A stretch of DNA of 64,000 bases. It comes from Klebsormidium nitens. Lineage: Eukaryota > Plantae > Klebsormidiophyceae. Below, in pieces: positions 60,301-64,000 of this stretch. Position 1 is the first letter of the stretch; every line of letters starts with the position of its first letter. Under the pieces are notes generated by a model. It had not been told where the DNA came from. It saw only the letters and a list, made by a program, of their open reading frames with translations, and did not search any database. Location of the stretch: NCBI GenBank assembly GCA_000708835.1, contig DF237186.1, positions 62,001-126,000 of the forward strand, in the 5' to 3' direction. A program made the translations under genes and the position numbers.

Positions 60301-63300
60301 TTGCGCACATATCACTCTTCTTTGGAGATTGCTGCAACCTGACCTTTCAAACGGGCCTGCATGCTTCCTTCTCTACTGGTAGTCTTTGGTGTTCTCTCTC
60401 TAGTACCCAGCGCAAGCTCTAGGTATTGACAGACCCTTCTTGTGAAGCTGGGTTCAGAAGTCTTTTGCATGCTGAAGCCAGAGCACTCGATCTGATAAGC
60501 AACTCCGATCCCCTTTTACCATTCCAAAACTTTTTCAGCTCCTGCAATTTCAATTTGGAGCAACTTAGCAACTCTTGACCTCTAGACCACAACTGCCACT
60601 TCAACCAATCTTACTAGTAGTACACGAGTCACTACAATTGCCTCAGTAAGTATCAATCCTATCGTTCTTTCTGGGCGAAAGTCTGCCTGAGTCTCCGAGG
60701 TCACAGCTGCAGCTTTCTTAACGTGGACACGGCAATTAAAATTGTTACGACCAGTAATGTCTCTGGAAAAACTCTCATCGTGACTGTTTCCGTGGGTTCT
60801 GCCCTGTCAAAAAAATCACACTGCTCAGCCACTCTGAACGTTTCGCACTTATCCCCTGCAGATGCCTGCGTGGTTCCCGTTTCCCCCGGCCGTGTACGCC
60901 CCCCGCGCGCAGAAGATGGACCTGCACCAGCTGTTCCACGTCATCGACGTCATCTTCGGTCAAGTGCGCGGCAACCTGCACGCAATCCAGACGCTCCACT
61001 CGATGCTCGACCGCGTCTACAAATCCGGGTCGTGCAGCATCGGGACGCGCGCCGGGATCGACTCCTTCTTCGAGTTCCTCGAAGACGAGGCGATCGCCAA
61101 GATGGGCAAGGTGACGTCGGGCCTCGTGAAGGAGGAGGTCCACGATGACGTCATCCCCGCGCAGGCGGCGAGCGAGACGAGCGGCGTCGGGGGCGAGGGC
61201 GACGGGGAGGCTGAAGCGGCGTCGCGCAAGCGCGCGCGGAGCGCGGACGCGCCGGGAGGTTTTGCTAACGCGCCGGGAGTTTTCCCTGACGCTTTGCTTC
61301 CGAGCGCGTCGCCCGGACACAGCGCCGCGAACAGCACCCCGGCGAACGGGGCCCCCAATCCGGACGACGAGATCGACTTCGAGAAGTACATGTCGGAGGA
61401 AGGGGGTCAGTTCCTGGCGGAGTTCGACGCGCTCACGCGGCCGCAGCCCCAACCGCCGCAGCCATTCTGGGACGCCGCTCCCGCCATCGTGCCGGCCCCG
61501 ATGCCCCCGTCCGAACTGGCGGTGGCGTTCGATGCTGACGTGGCGATCGAGGAGAGCGGCCCGGGGGCGCACATCTGGGAGTACCGCTCGTCGGGGGAGC
61601 TCACGCACTCGACCGGCCAGTCGACGCTCGCCACCAACGGCTCTGACGCGCTGCAGCAGTCGAACGACGGCACGTTCCAGGCCGCCTCCGGAAATGGACA
61701 CAACTCCACCCCCACCAGCAGCCGAAACTGGGCGCCCGAGTGGTTCGCGGAGCCCGGGGATCTGTACCCGCGCCCTGACGTGGCGCCACGTCAGCACGGG
61801 GTGCCGCTCCTCGGGAACGACGAGGCGCTCGTGCGCGCACGGCTGCAGCAGCAGATGAACCTGGCCGAGCAGGAGTGGCCGGCCGGGGGGCAGTTTATGG
61901 GCTACCGCAGCCCCACTGAAGCGGCGGACTTCGCTCCGGGGGGCCACAACGCGGGCTTCCGCAGCCCCCCCGAGGCCGCGGCCTTCCCTCCGAGGCTGGC
62001 CAGAAACGACGGACTCTCCGAGTCAATGCGCCGCGACTTCCTGCCGCAGCAGGGGGCCTACCCCCCTGGAACTTACAACGACGATTACATCCGATTCGGG
62101 GGGGCGCCCAACGGCATGGAGCCACGACTCCGCCAGGTGGCCATTGCAATGGCGCGCGCGCCGTCGTTCTGTCCCTCCCCCTCCCTTCAGGACAGGCCCC
62201 CCCCGGCTCCCCCTCAAGTGCCCCCCCCGGCAGCGNNNNNNNNNNNNNNNNNNNNCCCCCTACCCCTTCCCACGGACCGACGGCCCCCCCCCGGCCGTCC
62301 CCCTCCAACGTGCCCCCCCCGGCCACGCGCACGCCCACGGCTTCCAAATCGGGGGGTAGTTCTGCAGAAGGCCAAGGTGCTCATCGCTGGGGCTCCCAAG
62401 CCTCGCCCCCCTCCTGAAAAGGCGGAACCGTTCCCGTACTCACGGAGCGCCCCTCTGGGGGTCGCGACGGCGCCTTCGGATGGCCCCCGGAGCCGAGAGT
62501 TTGAGCCGCTGGGGAGGTCTAGGTCGGGCGACCAGCCTCAGGGCGCGTTTTCCGGGCCCCTTTCCGGCCGGAAGGGCTCCGGGGAAAAGGACCGGAGAGG
62601 CTTGCCTGGCCCTCTGCAATCCTGGGGGGACAGTCCGAAGTCCGGGGACCTGAACGAGCGCAGCATTTCCAGGGAGGGGCGCCAAGGGTCCGGGGACCTG
62701 TCAGCCAAGCAGTGCGCAGGGGACAGCAGCGGGAAGGCGCTGAAAGTGCTCGGGCTCGAGGAGCACGGTGGCCCTGGCAGCACAGGGGGATCCCTCGGGT
62801 GGACCGGGTCCCAGGACGGGAGCGGCAGCTTCGACGAGGACGGGGAGAGCGGCGGGGGCAAGAAGGGGCTCGCGCGCTTCCTGCCGAAGCTGGGCCGAGG
62901 CAAGGGGAAAGCAGCGAAGGAGAGCGAGAAGAGTTCGAAAGAGGACTCTGCCTTGTATCGGGACCGTTCATTGGGCGGGCAGTCCACTGGGAGCGTCAGT
63001 TCGGGATCGGACGTTCCACTACCCAGTCAGGGCAGTGGGGGGTGGTTTGCCACAGAGATACTTCCCCGGCAGGGGAGCGGCCCCATTTCGGGGGGGCAGT
63101 CTCCGCCCCCCGACAGCCTGTACGAGCCTCTTGGGAGAACCCCCCCGGGGGAGTGCGAGGCCTTTCCCCGGCGGCGTGACGTCCAGCGCTTTGACAGTTT
63201 CCGGTCGGTCGGGTCGCTGACGTCCGACGAGCCGGAGAGCGACGCGTGCGAGAGCTTCCCGTTCCGGCGCCCGGCGCCCCAGACGGAGAAGGGATTCCCC

Positions 63301-63672
63301 TCGCAGCGCCCGGGAGCGGAGTCGGAGGGCCTCCAGCGGCTCATGCAGCGCCTGAGCGTGTACGAGGGCGTTGATCCCGCGGCGGATCGCTCAGCCGCCG
63401 ATTTTGCAACAAAGACGGCACGAACCGTGCTGCCGGCGGCGGCTTCCCGTCAGCAGAACGGTGTGGCTGTGAAGGAGGCCGAGATGGGCTCCCAGGAGAA
63501 GGCCCGAGCGGAGAACGGGATGAGCCCGCGGAGCATTTTGACCGAGGGGCCATCTGTTGGCACGCCCGCACGTCGTGTTCGAGGACGTGTGAGCGGAGAA
63601 AACGCGTACGACGAGGAAGAGGAGGAGCCGAAGTCCCCTGCATTCGCTCTGGGCATTGGTGGGTCCATCTAA
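57385..63672 (+). CDS. Hypothetical protein, about 1050 aa: about 190-aa probably folded N-terminal region plus a long Pro/Gly/Ser-rich disordered region
   Basis: Exons 57385-57501, 58643-58686, 59411-59594, 60862-63672 with phases 0,2,0 matching. The last two exons have strongly GC3-biased codons. The last exon crosses a 20-N gap, so its frame there is unverified. The first two exons are less certain. No domain recognised. Confidence 0.68.
58915..59480 (+). repeat. Five copies of the orphan gene's exon-3 start (100-151 bp period), decaying away from the exon
   Basis: aaggtgct recurs at 59078, 59178, 59312 and 59463, and gagccctc at about 58924 and 59052. The nearest copy ccggttatcgtaaccagcaaccgtgaaacctggggcctgctcaaagcagaaaaggtgctccat (59261-59323) compares with the exon ccggttattgtcactagcaagcgcgaaccctcgggcctgctcaaagccgagaaggtgctgcac (59412-59474). 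Confidence 0.88.
62236..62255. other. Assembly gap (20 N) in a poly-C-rich coding stretch
   Basis: Run of n characters flanked by C-runs. Confidence 0.99.
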
Positions 63673-64000
63673 CGGAACCTTGGGACTAGTGCCCATTCAA
63701 GGGGCTTGCAGATTAAGCCTTTCGTTTCAGCTGAGTTTTGCATATGAGATTGCGATTCTGTGAGAACCTCGTCTTTGCTATGGGGACCCCGCTTTACAGG
63801 AATTCTTTGGCAGCTGTTGAGACTGTACCTTACTCCTTGCAAAGTCCCGAGTTTATCTGAACACTTAAATCGCGAAGTTTTTGTGAGCTGCGTCAAGTCC
63901 GCTTCTGGTCCTTCTCGTAAGCTCATGCCTCAGCAGCGGCGTTGTGGAAAATGATCCTTCCGCTGCATCACTGCAGGTACTGAAGACGAGGTTGACTTTG

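Noticed and set aside
60775-61947. 390-aa ORF on the minus strand (likewise 45943-46689, 45250-45915, 54237-54800, 33852-34478, 17692-18435)
   Set aside because: Antisense shadows of GC-rich, stop-poor coding exons; low-complexity translations with no motifs or splice logic.

Overview
Eukaryotic, intron-rich genomic DNA with GC-rich exons and GT-AG introns. The gene set is plant-type and plastid-oriented, most consistent with a streptophyte green alga such as Klebsormidium (inference, not a database result). Hand-spliced, phase-consistent models give ten genes: the last exon of a thioredoxin-m (+), a small orphan spliced gene (-, tentative), DCN1 (-), an RMR PA-TM-RING receptor (+), plastid N-acetylglutamate synthase (+), a 20-exon KEA1/2-type K+ efflux antiporter (-), an RVE8/LCL-type MYB (-, one GC-AG intron), a FAM21/WASHC2-like protein (+), a predicted plastid membrane protein with a peptidoglycan-binding domain (+), and a large orphan with a disordered C-terminus (+, 20-N gap). 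The strongest unexplained structure is a set of 13 'splice-site echo' arrays in five genes. These are tandem, decaying copies of an exon edge plus its splice site, about 95-180 bp per unit, stacked in the adjacent intron; many keep a usable AG or GT. No rRNA, tRNA, CRISPR or recognisable transposon ORF was found.
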